A DNA stretch of 40,238 bases from Candidatus Omnitrophota bacterium (lineage in GTDB: Bacteria; Omnitrophota; Gorgyraeia; JAGLLT01): NCBI GenBank assembly GCA_023140385.1, contig JAGLLT010000044.1, positions 1 to 40,238 of the forward strand. Reading direction: 5' to 3'. Both the position numbers and the translations under genes were made by a program. The notes below the pieces were generated by a model, which made no database searches, was not told where the DNA came from, and saw only the letters and a list, made by a program, of their open reading frames with translations. Positions 27,576 to 37,150 of this stretch are shown one piece after another; the first letter of the stretch is position 1; every line of letters starts with the position of its first letter.

Positions 27576-29158
27576 AGCTTTTTTCCGTCCTTCAACAATT
27601 TATATTCAATACTATCAACCAGAGCTTGCCAGCTGGCTTCGATTATATTTCCTGAAACGCCTACTGTTGACCAGAGCTCCTCTTCGTCCTGCGATTGGAT
27701 AAGAACTCTTACTTTGGCGGCTGTGCCTGCTTTTTGATCGAGTACCCTTACCTTGAAATCTGCCAGGTGCATCTTCTTCAGGCTTGGATAAAAATCCTCT
27801 AGAGCTTTTCTTAAAGCGTTATCCAGGGCATTAATCGGGCCGTCGCCTTCGGCAGCCGTGTGCTCCATAATGCCGTTTACCTTAAGCTTAATAGTCGCCT
27901 CAGAGTAGAGTTGGGGCATCTTTGTTTTAGGGTCAATCCTTTTTTCATTGATAACCCGAAAGCCCTCTAATTCAAAAAACTTCTTGGACTTTTTCATCAT
28001 CCGCTTCATCAACAGTTCAAAAGAGGCTTCGCCGGCTTCAAAATGATAGCCTTCATTCTCCATATCCTGAAGCTGTTCTAATATCTTTTTTGTCTGGGGA
28101 GTATCTTTATCTAAATCAATATTAAGCTCCTTAGCCTTCATCAGAATACTACTCCTGCCGGCCCACTCAGAAATTAAAAATCTTCTTTTATTGCCCACCT
28201 CTTCAGGCTTTATGTGTTCGTAGGATGTCGGGTTTTTCATAACGGCATTAACATGCACACCTCCCTTATGGGCAAAGGCGCTCAAGCCGACGTAGGGTTG
28301 ATTGCCGCTCTGCTTCATATTACTTACTTCGCTTACGTAATGAGAAACCTCGGTTAACTCCTTTAATTTTTTGGGCGATAGGCAGTTAAGGCCTAACTTC
28401 AACTGCAATGTCGGAATAATCACACACAGATCGGCATTACCACATCGCTCCCCGCAGCCGTTAATCGTCCCCTGAACCTGAGTACAGCCGGCCTCAACAG
28501 CCGCGACAGAATTAGCCGCCGCCATTCCGATATCATTGTGTGTATGAATGCCTAAATTTATTTTTATCTCTTTTTTTACGGCTTTGACAATAGCAGAAAT
28601 TTCAGAGGTCAAACTCCCGCCGTTAGTATCACATAAAATAATCCCCTCTGCTCCGGCATCCTGAGCGGCCGTGAGAACCTTAAGCGCGTAGCCCGCGTTG
28701 TCCTTGTAACCATCAAAAAAGTGTTCCGCGTCAAAAAATACCTTCCGGCCCTTTTTCCTAAGATACCTGATACTTTCATCAACCATCTTCAGGTTCTCTT
28801 CCAGCGAAACTTTAAGAATGTCTTTCACCTGCAGAACCCAACTTTTTCCGAAAACGGTAATGTACTCCGTACCCGCTTTCAATAAAGCCTGGAGATTTTT
28901 ATCCTTATGGGCCTTGATATGACGGCGTCTGGTCGAGCCAAAAGCTACCAGCTTCGTCTTACCTAATTTTAAAGCCCCCGCTGTTTTAAAAAAAGTTAAG
29001 TCTTTCGGATTTGAGCCCGGCCACCCGCCTTCAACAAAGTGCACCCCTAACTCAGCCAGCTTTTTAACAATCTGCACCTTATCCCCGACAGAATAACTAA
29101 CCCCTTCCGCCTGAGCGCCGTCTCTTAAAGTCGTATCATATACTTTAATATGGGTCAT
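27572..29158 (-). CDS. cimA: Citramalate synthase (CimA, LeuA family)
   Basis: YDTTLRDGAQAEG, EGGWPGSNPKD, DAEHFFDGY, AFAHKGGVH and NIIEASWQAL motifs. Start placed at ATG 29158 after GGGGGAG. Confidence 0.92.
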   Translation of the reverse strand: MTHIKVYDTTLRDGAQAEGVSYSVGDKVQIVKKLAELGVHFVEGGWPGSNPKDLTFFKTAGALKLGKTKLVAFGSTRRRHIKAHKDKNLQALLKAGTEYITVFGKSWVLQVKDILKVSLEENLKMVDESIRYLRKKGRKVFFDAEHFFDGYKDNAGYALKVLTAAQDAGAEGIILCDTNGGSLTSEISAIVKAVKKEIKINLGIHTHNDIGMAAANSVAAVEAGCTQVQGTINGCGERCGNADLCVIIPTLQLKLGLNCLSPKKLKELTEVSHYVSEVSNMKQSGNQPYVGLSAFAHKGGVHVNAVMKNPTSYEHIKPEEVGNKRRFLISEWAGRSSILMKAKELNIDLDKDTPQTKKILEQLQDMENEGYHFEAGEASFELLMKRMMKKSKKFFELEGFRVINEKRIDPKTKMPQLYSEATIKLKVNGIMEHTAAEGDGPINALDNALRKALEDFYPSLKKMHLADFKVRVLDQKAGTAAKVRVLIQSQDEEELWSTVGVSGNIIEASWQALVDSIEYKLLKDGKKL

Positions 29159-29222
29159 AATCACTCCCCCTATTCGTATTGTCAAAAGTATTTACCCTTT
29201 ATACGTTTAAAAAACTCTAAAC

Positions 29223-29367
29223 AAACTCTAAATCCTAATATCTAAATCCTAAATAATTTCAAAATTCTAATGTTCAAATGTTATAAACCTTAAGTGTCTT
29301 TGTTTTGGTCATTTGTATTTTGGACATTTGGATTTGTTTAGTATTTAGTGCTTAGTATTTAGGATTT
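29223..29367. repeat. Long imperfect inverted repeat built from heptamers (AAATHCT-type)
   Basis: Left arm AAACTCT AAATCCT AATATCT AAATCCT AAATAATTTC...; right arm reverse complement AAATCCT AAATACT AAGCACT AAATACT AAACAAATCC... Confidence 0.8.
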
Positions 29368-29390
29368 CCCTCCCCGTCTTTATGTCTTTT

Positions 29391-30629
29391 TTAACTTTGA
29401 CGCCTTTTTACTTTTTTGCCGAGGTCAAACTCTTTGTGGAGAATTTTAACGGCCATCTCCGCCTTATCTTTCTTTATCAGGCAGGATATTTTTATTTCAG
29501 AGGTAGATATGGTCTCAATATTAATACCCGCCTCACCCAAACTGCCAAACATTCTGGCGGCTACACCAGCGTGGCTTCGCATACCTACACCGACGACTGA
29601 AATCTTGGCTATATCATTATCCTGAATTACGCCCCCGGCTCCGACTATTGAAACAACCTTCTTGATAACTTTTGTGGCCCTGCTCAGTTCCGTCTTTTCA
29701 ACTGTAAATGATATATCGGTACTCCCTGTCCGAGAAGTATTCTGGACTATCATATCAATATTAACATTGCCGCTGGCAATCTCTTTAAATATCCTGGCGG
29801 CCACACCCGGCTTGTCAGGAACATCGCAAATAGTAATCTTGGCCTCATTTTTGTTTAAGGCAATACCGCTAACCAGAACACCCTCCATCATTTTAACCTC
29901 CTTGGTAATCCTTGTCCCTTCCGCTTCCAGGAAACTTGAACGAACATGTAAAGGTATGTTATACCTTTTGGCCACTTCTATTGAGCGGGATTGCAAAACC
30001 TGAGCTCCTAAAGAGGCCAACTCCAGCATCTCCTCATAGCTCAGCACAGACAACTTCCTTGCCTCGGGCACTATTCTCGGGTCAGCCGTATAGACTCCTT
30101 TTACGTCAGTATATATCTCGCAGACATCCGCCTTGAGCACCTTGGCCAAAGCTACAGCCGTTAAATCCGAACCGCCCCTGCCCAGCGTTGTAATCTCCCG
30201 CTCCGGGCTCACCCCCTGAAAACCGGCTACAATAACTATCTTTTTGTTTTTTAACTCAGCTTTTATCCGTTTAGTGTTTATGTCCACTATACGGGCTTTG
30301 GTATGAGAAGTATCCGTAACTATGCCAACCTGCCCTCCGGTCAGAGATACAGCCTCCCTGCCGAGTTTATGTATAGCCATTGCCAAAAGCGCCACCGATA
30401 CCTGCTCGCCGGTGGAAATCAGCATATCCATCTCTCTTTCACTGGGAGCGGCGGTTATCTGATAAGCAAGATTGATAAGTTCATCCGTCGTACCTCCCAG
30501 GGCTGAGACAACAACTACAATCCGGGTGCCCTTTTTGTGAGTTTTAACGATTCGCCCGGCAATCTTTTTAATCCGTTCGACAGAGCCTACGGATGTGCCT
30601 CCGTATTTTTGGATTATAAGTTTAGGCAT
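29391..30629 (-). CDS. lysC: Aspartate kinase
   Basis: QKYGGTSVG, TTLGRGGSDLTA and YTDVKGVYTADPR motifs, two ACT domains, STSEIKIS. Confidence 0.97.
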   Translation of the reverse strand: MPKLIIQKYGGTSVGSVERIKKIAGRIVKTHKKGTRIVVVVSALGGTTDELINLAYQITAAPSEREMDMLISTGEQVSVALLAMAIHKLGREAVSLTGGQVGIVTDTSHTKARIVDINTKRIKAELKNKKIVIVAGFQGVSPEREITTLGRGGSDLTAVALAKVLKADVCEIYTDVKGVYTADPRIVPEARKLSVLSYEEMLELASLGAQVLQSRSIEVAKRYNIPLHVRSSFLEAEGTRITKEVKMMEGVLVSGIALNKNEAKITICDVPDKPGVAARIFKEIASGNVNIDMIVQNTSRTGSTDISFTVEKTELSRATKVIKKVVSIVGAGGVIQDNDIAKISVVGVGMRSHAGVAARMFGSLGEAGINIETISTSEIKISCLIKKDKAEMAVKILHKEFDLGKKVKRRQS

Positions 30630-31837
30630 AATTTACTATTTCCTGTGTTTAAAAACTCATTCATTAACTTATGGCCTTCTTTAAAATTTAAAGAGCCGCT
30701 TTTACTGGTATACTCACTGTAACTTTGAACGCTGTCAGCCATAATACCTTCGCCGCACATAGCAAAACATACGGCATCAGCGGTGTGGGTTTTAATCTTT
30801 ACAGGGGTTGGGTGGTCAGGCAAAATTAATATTCTGGCATCCTCTTTTTTTTCCACATACCTTAAAAACCTGCTGACAACCTCCCTGTCAATATTTTCAA
30901 TAGCCGTTATCTTTTCCCTCAAGTCACCGTTGTGCCCCGCTTCATCAGGCGCCTCAATGTGAACGAGGATAAAATCTTTATCTTCCAGCGAGCGCAGTCC
31001 ATATTCGGCTTTTGCTTTATAGTCCGTATCATAATAGCCGGTTATATTGGGCACATCGATTATATCCAGGCCGGCCAGCCGGCCGATACCTTTTAGCAGG
31101 TCAACTGCCGAAATTACCGAACCCTTAACCTTATACTTGCTGTAAAATTTTGGCAAATCAGGTTTTTTACCCTGTCCCCAGAGCCATATCATATTGGCGG
31201 GGTTTTCTCCTAAGTCCACCCTTACCTGATTTATCTCGTGCCGCATCAGAATATTATTAGACATCTTCATCAGGTCAATAAGAAACTGTCCCCCCTCGCC
31301 GCTGGGCAAATATTCGGCAATGCTTTTCCCCGTAATGTCATGAGGCGGTGTACAGCGGGCTGTAAACTCAGAATATTTGGGAGTTGGCTTAACACACATA
31401 ATATGCCTGTAACTTGTCCCCGGGTAGAACCTGATAAATTTAGTAGCCAGCCTCTTATTGAGGAGCTCGATAAGTACTCCCGCCTCATCGGTCGAGATAT
31501 GCCCGGAACTGTAGTCGCTCATTATATCGCCGGCTATAGTAACCAAATTACAGCGAAAAACAACCTCGTCCTTACCCAGCTTAACGCCCAAATTAGCCGC
31601 CTCAAGCGGCCCTCTGCCCGTATAATACTGTTTGGGGTCATAACCAAAGATAGACAGGTTGGCTACATCGCTTCCCGGAGGCATATTTTTGGGCACCATA
31701 TTTGCCTGGCCAACAACGCCGTTTCTGGCGATAAAGTCCATATTGGGTGTTTTGGCCGCCTCCAGAGGAGTCTTTCCGTCTAACTCATCAATCGGATAAT
31801 CGGCCATCCCATCTGCCACAATAACAATATATTTCAT
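30614..31837 (-). CDS. apgM: ApgM-type cofactor-independent phosphoglycerate mutase family protein (proposed homoserine kinase)
   Basis: DGMAD, PGSDVANL, GRGPLEAA, PPHDI, EAPDEAGH and PDHPTP motifs. Confidence 0.9.
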   Translation of the reverse strand: MKYIVIVADGMADYPIDELDGKTPLEAAKTPNMDFIARNGVVGQANMVPKNMPPGSDVANLSIFGYDPKQYYTGRGPLEAANLGVKLGKDEVVFRCNLVTIAGDIMSDYSSGHISTDEAGVLIELLNKRLATKFIRFYPGTSYRHIMCVKPTPKYSEFTARCTPPHDITGKSIAEYLPSGEGGQFLIDLMKMSNNILMRHEINQVRVDLGENPANMIWLWGQGKKPDLPKFYSKYKVKGSVISAVDLLKGIGRLAGLDIIDVPNITGYYDTDYKAKAEYGLRSLEDKDFILVHIEAPDEAGHNGDLREKITAIENIDREVVSRFLRYVEKKEDARILILPDHPTPVKIKTHTADAVCFAMCGEGIMADSVQSYSEYTSKSGSLNFKEGHKLMNEFLNTGNSKLCLNL

Positions 31838-31845
31838 TTTAACCT

Positions 31846-32919
31846 CTAATATCCCATCAACTTAAGAATGTTTTCTTTTTTTGCTTCAACCGCCTCCGGA
31901 CTGCTTACGCACTTAATTGCTCTTTCCGGATCCTTTAGGCCATGGCCGGTCAATACACAAACTATCTTCTTCCTTTTCCCTTTTAAGCCTTCCTCTTCAA
32001 AATAGCCCGCTTTGGATAATTTAATAAGCCCGGCTACAGAAGCCGCCGAGGCCGGCTCAACAAAAACACCTACCTCGCCGGCAAGAATCTTATAGGCCTC
32101 GATGATTTCCTCATCGGTTACCTTATCTATCACGCCTCCCGACTCATCACGGGCCGCCTCCGCCTTTTTCCAGCTGGCAGGATTTCCGATTCTTATGGCG
32201 GTAGCAATGGTTTCCGGTCTTTCTATTATTCTCCTCTCCACAATCGGCGCCGCGCCGGCCGCCTGAAAACCCATCATCCTCGGCAGGTTAGTTATCTTTC
32301 CCGCCTCCTTATACTCCTTATATCCCTTCCAATAAGCGGTGATATTGCCGGCATTACCGACAGGAATAAAATGAAGGCCGGGCGCCTCTCCTAAATCATC
32401 ACATATCTCAAAGGCCCCTGTCTTCTGGCCTTCAATCCTAAAAGGATTAAGTGAATTCACCAGAGCCACCGGATATTCATCGGTAATTTCCTTAACTAAA
32501 CTAAGCGCCTTATCAAAGTTCCCCTTAATAGCTATCACACAGGCTCCATGAATGAGCGCCTGGGCCAGCTTGCCCAAAGCAATATTGCCCTCCGGTATAA
32601 CCACAAAACTCTTCATCCCGGCTCTGACCGCGTAAGCGGAAGCAGAGGCGGAAGTGTTTCCGGTCGAGGCGCACATAACAGCCTCTATGCCGTCTTCTTT
32701 TGCTTTAGAGACGGCCATGGTCATACCCCTATCCTTAAAAGAGCCTGTCGGGTTCTGCCCCTCGTACTTGAGGAATATCTCGGCATCAACCTTTAATTTA
32801 TCTTCCAGCACCTTTGCTCTTATTAATGCGGTATTTCCTTCGCAAAGAGTGACAACCGGCGTTTTTTCACTTACCGGTAAATACCCTCTATATCTTTCTA
32901 TTACGCCTTTTATACTCAT
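31846..32919 (-). CDS. thrC: Threonine synthase
   Basis: [33 protein letters not shown] and LTGHGLKDP motifs. Confidence 0.97.
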   Translation of the reverse strand: MSIKGVIERYRGYLPVSEKTPVVTLCEGNTALIRAKVLEDKLKVDAEIFLKYEGQNPTGSFKDRGMTMAVSKAKEDGIEAVMCASTGNTSASASAYAVRAGMKSFVVIPEGNIALGKLAQALIHGACVIAIKGNFDKALSLVKEITDEYPVALVNSLNPFRIEGQKTGAFEICDDLGEAPGLHFIPVGNAGNITAYWKGYKEYKEAGKITNLPRMMGFQAAGAAPIVERRIIERPETIATAIRIGNPASWKKAEAARDESGGVIDKVTDEEIIEAYKILAGEVGVFVEPASAASVAGLIKLSKAGYFEEEGLKGKRKKIVCVLTGHGLKDPERAIKCVSSPEAVEAKKENILKLMGY

Positions 32920-32922
32920 AAT

Positions 32923-34224
32923 TTAACATTCCTTCTCAATCTTAATTACCACCGACTTTGCCATTATAACCTTTTGCCTATCTATTTCCTTTAAAGCCTT
33001 TTTCAGGCTTATCTCTTTAACCTGATGAGTAAGCATAACTATAGGCACAGCTCCGACTTTTTCTCTGGACTTCTGCATTACAGAGGCAATGCTAATCTCG
33101 TGCTTTGCCAAAATGCCGGAAATTTTAGCCAGGACGCCCGGCCTGTCAATGGCCATAAAACGCACATAATAACAAGCTTCATTTTCATCAACTTTTTTTA
33201 TGCGTTTTACCTTTTCTTTGCGGCCGCTTAAAAAATTCCTCCGGCTCGCGCCGCCGCTTTTAATGTCCGAGACAACGTCGGCTATATCACTAACTACCGC
33301 GGAACTGGTGGAACTGCCTCCCGCTCCCTGCCCGTATAAAAATATATCTTTAGCCAAATCCGACTTGATATAAACAGCGTTATAGGCATTATTTACCTGG
33401 GACAACATATGCTGTGACGGCAGGAGGGTCGGTTCAACCCTTACCTCAATACAGTCTCTTGAGGCCTTGGCTACAGCCAGCAGTTTTATACAATAGCCCA
33501 GCTCTTTAGCGTACATCACGTCTCCGGACGAAATACTTGATATACCTTCAACATGAATATCTTCCAGCTTAATGTCCTGCCTAAAGGCCAAAGAAGATAT
33601 AATAGCCAGCTTATGCGCCGAATCAAAACCCTCAACATCAAGAGAATAATTTTTTTCGGCATAACCCTTACTCTGCGCCTCTTTAAGCGCCTCCTTGAAT
33701 TCAACGCCCTTAGAATGCATATTGCTGAGTATGTAATTGGAAGTTCCGTTAATTATCCCCCACATACTCTGAACACGGTTGCCCGCCAGGCTCTCCTCTA
33801 ACACCTTAATCACCGGTACACCGGCTAAAACCGAGGCTTCAAAATACAGGCCTACGCCATTCTCTTCAGCAACTTTAAACAGTTCCTTTTTATAATCTGA
33901 CAAAAGAGCTTTATTAGCGGTGATAACGTGCTTTTTATTTTTAAGCGCCTTTATTATCATCTCCCGCGCGGGATGCACTCCTCCTATCAGTTCTATCACT
34001 ACGTTAATTGCAGGGTCGCTTAATATCTCATCCGCTCTCTTCTTTATAATCTTCTTATTCAACCCCGAGCCCTTAAACACTCTCTGATCCCTATCGCAGA
34101 CGCTCTTTAGATTAATTCGGCACCCAAGCCGCTCACCCAAAGATTTCCCATTTTTTTTAATAGCCCCAACAACCGCGCTGCCAATAGTACCAAACCCAAT
34201 AAGCCCTATATTAATCTGTTTCAT
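32923..34224 (-). CDS. hom: Homoserine dehydrogenase with ACT domain
   Basis: GFGTIG, TANKA, FEASV, GIINGTSNYIL and DRPGVLAKI motifs. Confidence 0.96.
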   Translation of the reverse strand: MKQINIGLIGFGTIGSAVVGAIKKNGKSLGERLGCRINLKSVCDRDQRVFKGSGLNKKIIKKRADEILSDPAINVVIELIGGVHPAREMIIKALKNKKHVITANKALLSDYKKELFKVAEENGVGLYFEASVLAGVPVIKVLEESLAGNRVQSMWGIINGTSNYILSNMHSKGVEFKEALKEAQSKGYAEKNYSLDVEGFDSAHKLAIISSLAFRQDIKLEDIHVEGISSISSGDVMYAKELGYCIKLLAVAKASRDCIEVRVEPTLLPSQHMLSQVNNAYNAVYIKSDLAKDIFLYGQGAGGSSTSSAVVSDIADVVSDIKSGGASRRNFLSGRKEKVKRIKKVDENEACYYVRFMAIDRPGVLAKISGILAKHEISIASVMQKSREKVGAVPIVMLTHQVKEISLKKALKEIDRQKVIMAKSVVIKIEKEC

Positions 34225-34272
34225 CTAAAACTCCCGCTATTATTCATATAGTTAAACCACTCTATCTAAAAT

Positions 34273-34350
34273 TGGTCGGGGCGACTGGATTCGAACCAGC
34301 GACCTCTTGAACCCCATTCAAGTGCGCTAGCCAAGCTGCGCTACGCCCCG
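34273..34350 (-). tRNA. tRNA-Pro(GGG)
   Basis: CGGGGCGTAGCGCAGCTTGGCTAGCGCACTTGAATGGGGTTCAAGAGGTCGCTGGTTCGAATCCAGTCGCCCCGACCA: cloverleaf, anticodon GGG, encoded CCA. Confidence 0.97.
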
Positions 34351-34368
34351 ATATAAATTAAAAGCTTA

Positions 34369-35364
34369 TCAAATGTGCTCTCTCTTCCCTTCCCGCTTCA
34401 TTAAATCGTTTACCGCGCGGAGAGGGTCTTTGTTTTTGTATAATACTCTGTAAATCTCAGTAGTTATGGGGAGCTCTACGGAGTAATTCTTGCTTAGATT
34501 ATATACGCTCTTCGCGGTCTTTACCCCCTCTGCCACCATATGCATTTTATCTATAATATCATTTAATTTTTTACCCTTGCCAATCTTTTCTCCCACCTGC
34601 CGGTTACGGCTGTAGGGGCTCATACAGGTGGTTACTAAATCACCCAACCCGGTCAGGCCGCTGAAGGTCTCTTTTTTGGCGCCCATAGCCATACCTAAGC
34701 GTGCCATCTCTACCAATCCTCTGGTAACGATAGCCGCCTTGGCATTTACGCCAAATCCTAAGCCGTCCGATATGCCGGCGGCTAAAGCAATAATATTCTT
34801 TAAAGACCCTCCCAGTTCTACGCCGACGACGTCAAGATTAGTATATACTCTTAATCTCTCATCTATGAAAATCTTCTGCAAAGCCTTGGCGGTCTCTTCA
34901 CATCTTGAGGCTATAACACAGGTAGCCGGAAGCCCTCTGGCCACCTCATGAGCTATTGTGGGTCCTGAAAGAACCGCCATTTTGACCTGCCCCAAAACCT
35001 CTCTCACAAGTTCTGACATCCTCAGGTGTGTTTTTTCTTCTATGCCCTTTGAAACACTTAAAACAATCTTGTCTCTAAAGCAACTACTTTTCATTTTTTC
35101 CAGCACACCGCGCATATAACATGAGGGAACGGCCAGGATTATTAAATCAGCGTCACCAACGGCAGCTTCTATATCAGAGGTTATTAAGATGCCTTTGGGT
35201 ATCTTTATGCCCGGCAAAAACTTCAGGTTTTCGCGTATCTTGTTCAGCCTCGCGGCGTAAACTCCAAAGGCAGACCAAAGATTTACCTTATAGCCTTTTT
35301 TATAAAGATGCAGGGCCAGAGTCGTCCCCCATCCGCCATCACCAATAATTGCTGTTTTTCTCAT
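34369..35364 (-). CDS. gpsA: NAD(P)H-dependent glycerol-3-phosphate dehydrogenase
   Basis: GDGGWGT, SKGIE, LSGPT, GGSLKNIIA, GLGDL..TC.S..SRN and VAEG motifs. Start placed at ATG 35364. Confidence 0.96.
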   Translation of the reverse strand: MRKTAIIGDGGWGTTLALHLYKKGYKVNLWSAFGVYAARLNKIRENLKFLPGIKIPKGILITSDIEAAVGDADLIILAVPSCYMRGVLEKMKSSCFRDKIVLSVSKGIEEKTHLRMSELVREVLGQVKMAVLSGPTIAHEVARGLPATCVIASRCEETAKALQKIFIDERLRVYTNLDVVGVELGGSLKNIIALAAGISDGLGFGVNAKAAIVTRGLVEMARLGMAMGAKKETFSGLTGLGDLVTTCMSPYSRNRQVGEKIGKGKKLNDIIDKMHMVAEGVKTAKSVYNLSKNYSVELPITTEIYRVLYKNKDPLRAVNDLMKREGKREHI

Positions 35365-35382
35365 ATTAATAGTTATTTTAGC

Positions 35383-35412
35383 AAAAAAACAGCTGCCGGG
35401 CAACTGTTTTTT
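35383..35412. terminator. Terminator-like hairpin between plsY and gpsA, overlapping a putative gpsA promoter
   Basis: Minus strand AAAAAACAGTTGC-CCG-GCAGCTGTTTTTTT; TTGCCC-17 bp-TAAAAT overlaps it. Confidence 0.6.
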
Positions 35413-35441
35413 AGTTCAACCGCGTTAACAAAAATTGATCG

Positions 35442-36065
35442 TTATAACTTAAGCCTCTTCTCTCTTTTATCGATCAGCCGCCTGATATTACCTTTATGCC
35501 GCCAGATAATCAAACCGCCTGTTATCACACCAAAAAAAATAGAAGCTGGCGTTTTAATAAATATCCAGAAACATACGGGCAGGCCTGCCGCCGCCAAAAT
35601 TGAACCCAGGGATACGTATTTTGAAATTACCACTACGAACAACCAAAAAATAAAAAGCAAACTTAAAACCTTGCCGGCTCCGGAAACCCAAAAACACAGG
35701 CCTATCAATACGCCCAGAGTAGTCGCTACACCTTTGCCCCCCCTAAAACCCAGAAATGGCGTATAGATATGGCCGGTTATAGCCGCCAAACCCGCTAAAT
35801 AAATATAAACCGGCTCGCGGCAGGCCGCGCCTTGATAAGAACAAATCTTCCCCGCGATTATTACGGCAAGCGCCCCTTTAAGAAGATCGAGAAGAAGAAC
35901 GGCGGCGCCCGCCGTCTTGCCCATTGCTCTTAAGGCGTTAGTGGCTCCGATGTTGCCGCTTCCGGACTTTCTGATATCCACTTTCTTAATTTTACCTATG
36001 ACATAGCCAAAAGGCACAGCGCCCAGCAGATAAGCAAACATTACTCCAAAAAAAGATACAATCAC
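35442..36065 (-). CDS. plsY: Glycerol-3-phosphate acyltransferase PlsY
   Basis: YLLGAVPFG, SGSGNIGATN, GH..F.GGKGVAT, YVSLGS and RH.GNI.RL motifs. Confidence 0.96.
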   Translation of the reverse strand: MIVSFFGVMFAYLLGAVPFGYVIGKIKKVDIRKSGSGNIGATNALRAMGKTAGAAVLLLDLLKGALAVIIAGKICSYQGAACREPVYIYLAGLAAITGHIYTPFLGFRGGKGVATTLGVLIGLCFWVSGAGKVLSLLFIFWLFVVVISKYVSLGSILAAAGLPVCFWIFIKTPASIFFGVITGGLIIWRHKGNIRRLIDKREKRLKL

Positions 36066-36616
36066 GCGCTCACCTTCTCTTTCTTAACGAGCCTTATACC
36101 GGACACCAGGTATTTTATACCTGACAAACAAGCCAGAGCAACAGCCAGATTCCAGATAACAAAAGAATGCTTAAAATTTAATAAAACCGCGATAATAACC
36201 AGCATCTCAACCGCGATACTAAGCTTGCCTGTTATATCGGGAAGGATATAAAGACGTTTTGTAATTATGTGAAATATAAAGATACTCAATATAACAACGG
36301 CATCCCTGCCTATAATAACAACAGCCACCCAAACAGGTACGTTAAGAGGCAGTTTCAACAAAAGACTTAATAACACAAAGGCGGTGATTAAAAAAATCTT
36401 ATCAGCCACTACATCAAGAACACGCCCCGAAGCCGTCTCCTGATTAAACCGCCGCGCGACATATCCGTCTAAAAAATCTGTGAAGGCGGAGACGGCAAAT
36501 ATGCCCAGAGCTATAAATCTGAGAAAATCTTTTTGCGGTGAATAGTTAATAAGCGCCAAGATAAAAAATGGCGTCAGCATTATTCTTATACTTGTTATTT
36601 TATTTGCCAGTGTCAT
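36062..36616 (-). CDS. pgsA: CDP-alcohol phosphatidyltransferase (PgsA-like)
   Basis: ANKITSIR and TDFLDGYVAR....T.SG..LD..ADK motifs. Confidence 0.85.
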   Translation of the reverse strand: MTLANKITSIRIMLTPFFILALINYSPQKDFLRFIALGIFAVSAFTDFLDGYVARRFNQETASGRVLDVVADKIFLITAFVLLSLLLKLPLNVPVWVAVVIIGRDAVVILSIFIFHIITKRLYILPDITGKLSIAVEMLVIIAVLLNFKHSFVIWNLAVALACLSGIKYLVSGIRLVKKEKVSA

Positions 36617-36622
36617 AGTATC

Positions 36623-36660
36623 AAAAAGGGTACAACTAATTTCCTCGTTGTACCCCTTTT
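36623..36660. terminator. Rho-independent terminator after the glycine-zipper lipoprotein gene
   Basis: AAAAAGGGTACAAC...GTTGTACCCCTTTT inverted repeat. Confidence 0.7.
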
Positions 36661-36687
36661 CTTTTATCCAATTAGTAGTTAGTTATT

Positions 36688-36987
36688 TTATTGTTTCCAC
36701 TCCAATTTTGTGCCGCAGGTCGGACAGAATTGTACGTCAGAAGGAAACTGTTTACCACAGGTTGGACAGAATTTTCTATCCATCTGCTCTCCAATAAGCG
36801 CGCCGCCCAAGCCGCCGACAGCGGCACCTATAGCGGCACCCTCAGCAGTATGACCTGACTGGTGGCCGATAATGGCGCCTAAGCCGGCGCCGCCCAGGGC
36901 TCCAACACCGGCACCCTTTTGAGTAGTCGTACAGCCGCATAAAGAAACAACGCTTAAAACCAAAATTAAAACCAGAATTTTTTTCAT
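36688..36987 (-). CDS. Glycine-zipper lipoprotein with C-terminal double zinc ribbon
   Basis: Lipobox LCGC, GAGVGALGGAGLGAIIG / GAAIGAAVGGLGGALIG zipper, and CPTCG...FCPTCG. Confidence 0.88.
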   Translation of the reverse strand: MKKILVLILVLSVVSLCGCTTTQKGAGVGALGGAGLGAIIGHQSGHTAEGAAIGAAVGGLGGALIGEQMDRKFCPTCGKQFPSDVQFCPTCGTKLEWKQ

Positions 36988-37031
36988 CTTATATCACTCC
37001 TTTCCAATTCACCCTCTATCACTCCTAAATC

Positions 37032-37060
37032 ATTATAACATAAAACCGACTTCTTTTCAA
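37032..37060 (-). promoter_or_regulatory. Putative sigma70 promoter for the lipoprotein gene
   Basis: TTGAAA-17 bp-TATAAT with extended -10 TG. Confidence 0.7.
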
Positions 37061-37150
37061 TCATGATTATTAAACCGGCCGCGTGAGCCGGACAATAAAT
37101 AATACAACTCCCGAAACAGCAAGCAGCAATACCATAGTTACACAACACAA

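Noticed and set aside
24331..27600. Integron integrase or transposase near the cassette array
   Set aside because: No ORF or fragment with tyrosine-recombinase (R..HxxR..Y) or DDE/HUH motifs was found, so the array is called a CALIN only.
29211..29370. Possible CRISPR array
   Set aside because: The units are 7 bp, degenerate and inverted. There are no constant 25-40 bp repeats with unique spacers and no cas genes.
34273..34350. tRNA-Pro as a prophage/island attachment site
   Set aside because: It is flanked by housekeeping genes; I saw no integrase and no duplicated tRNA 3' end.
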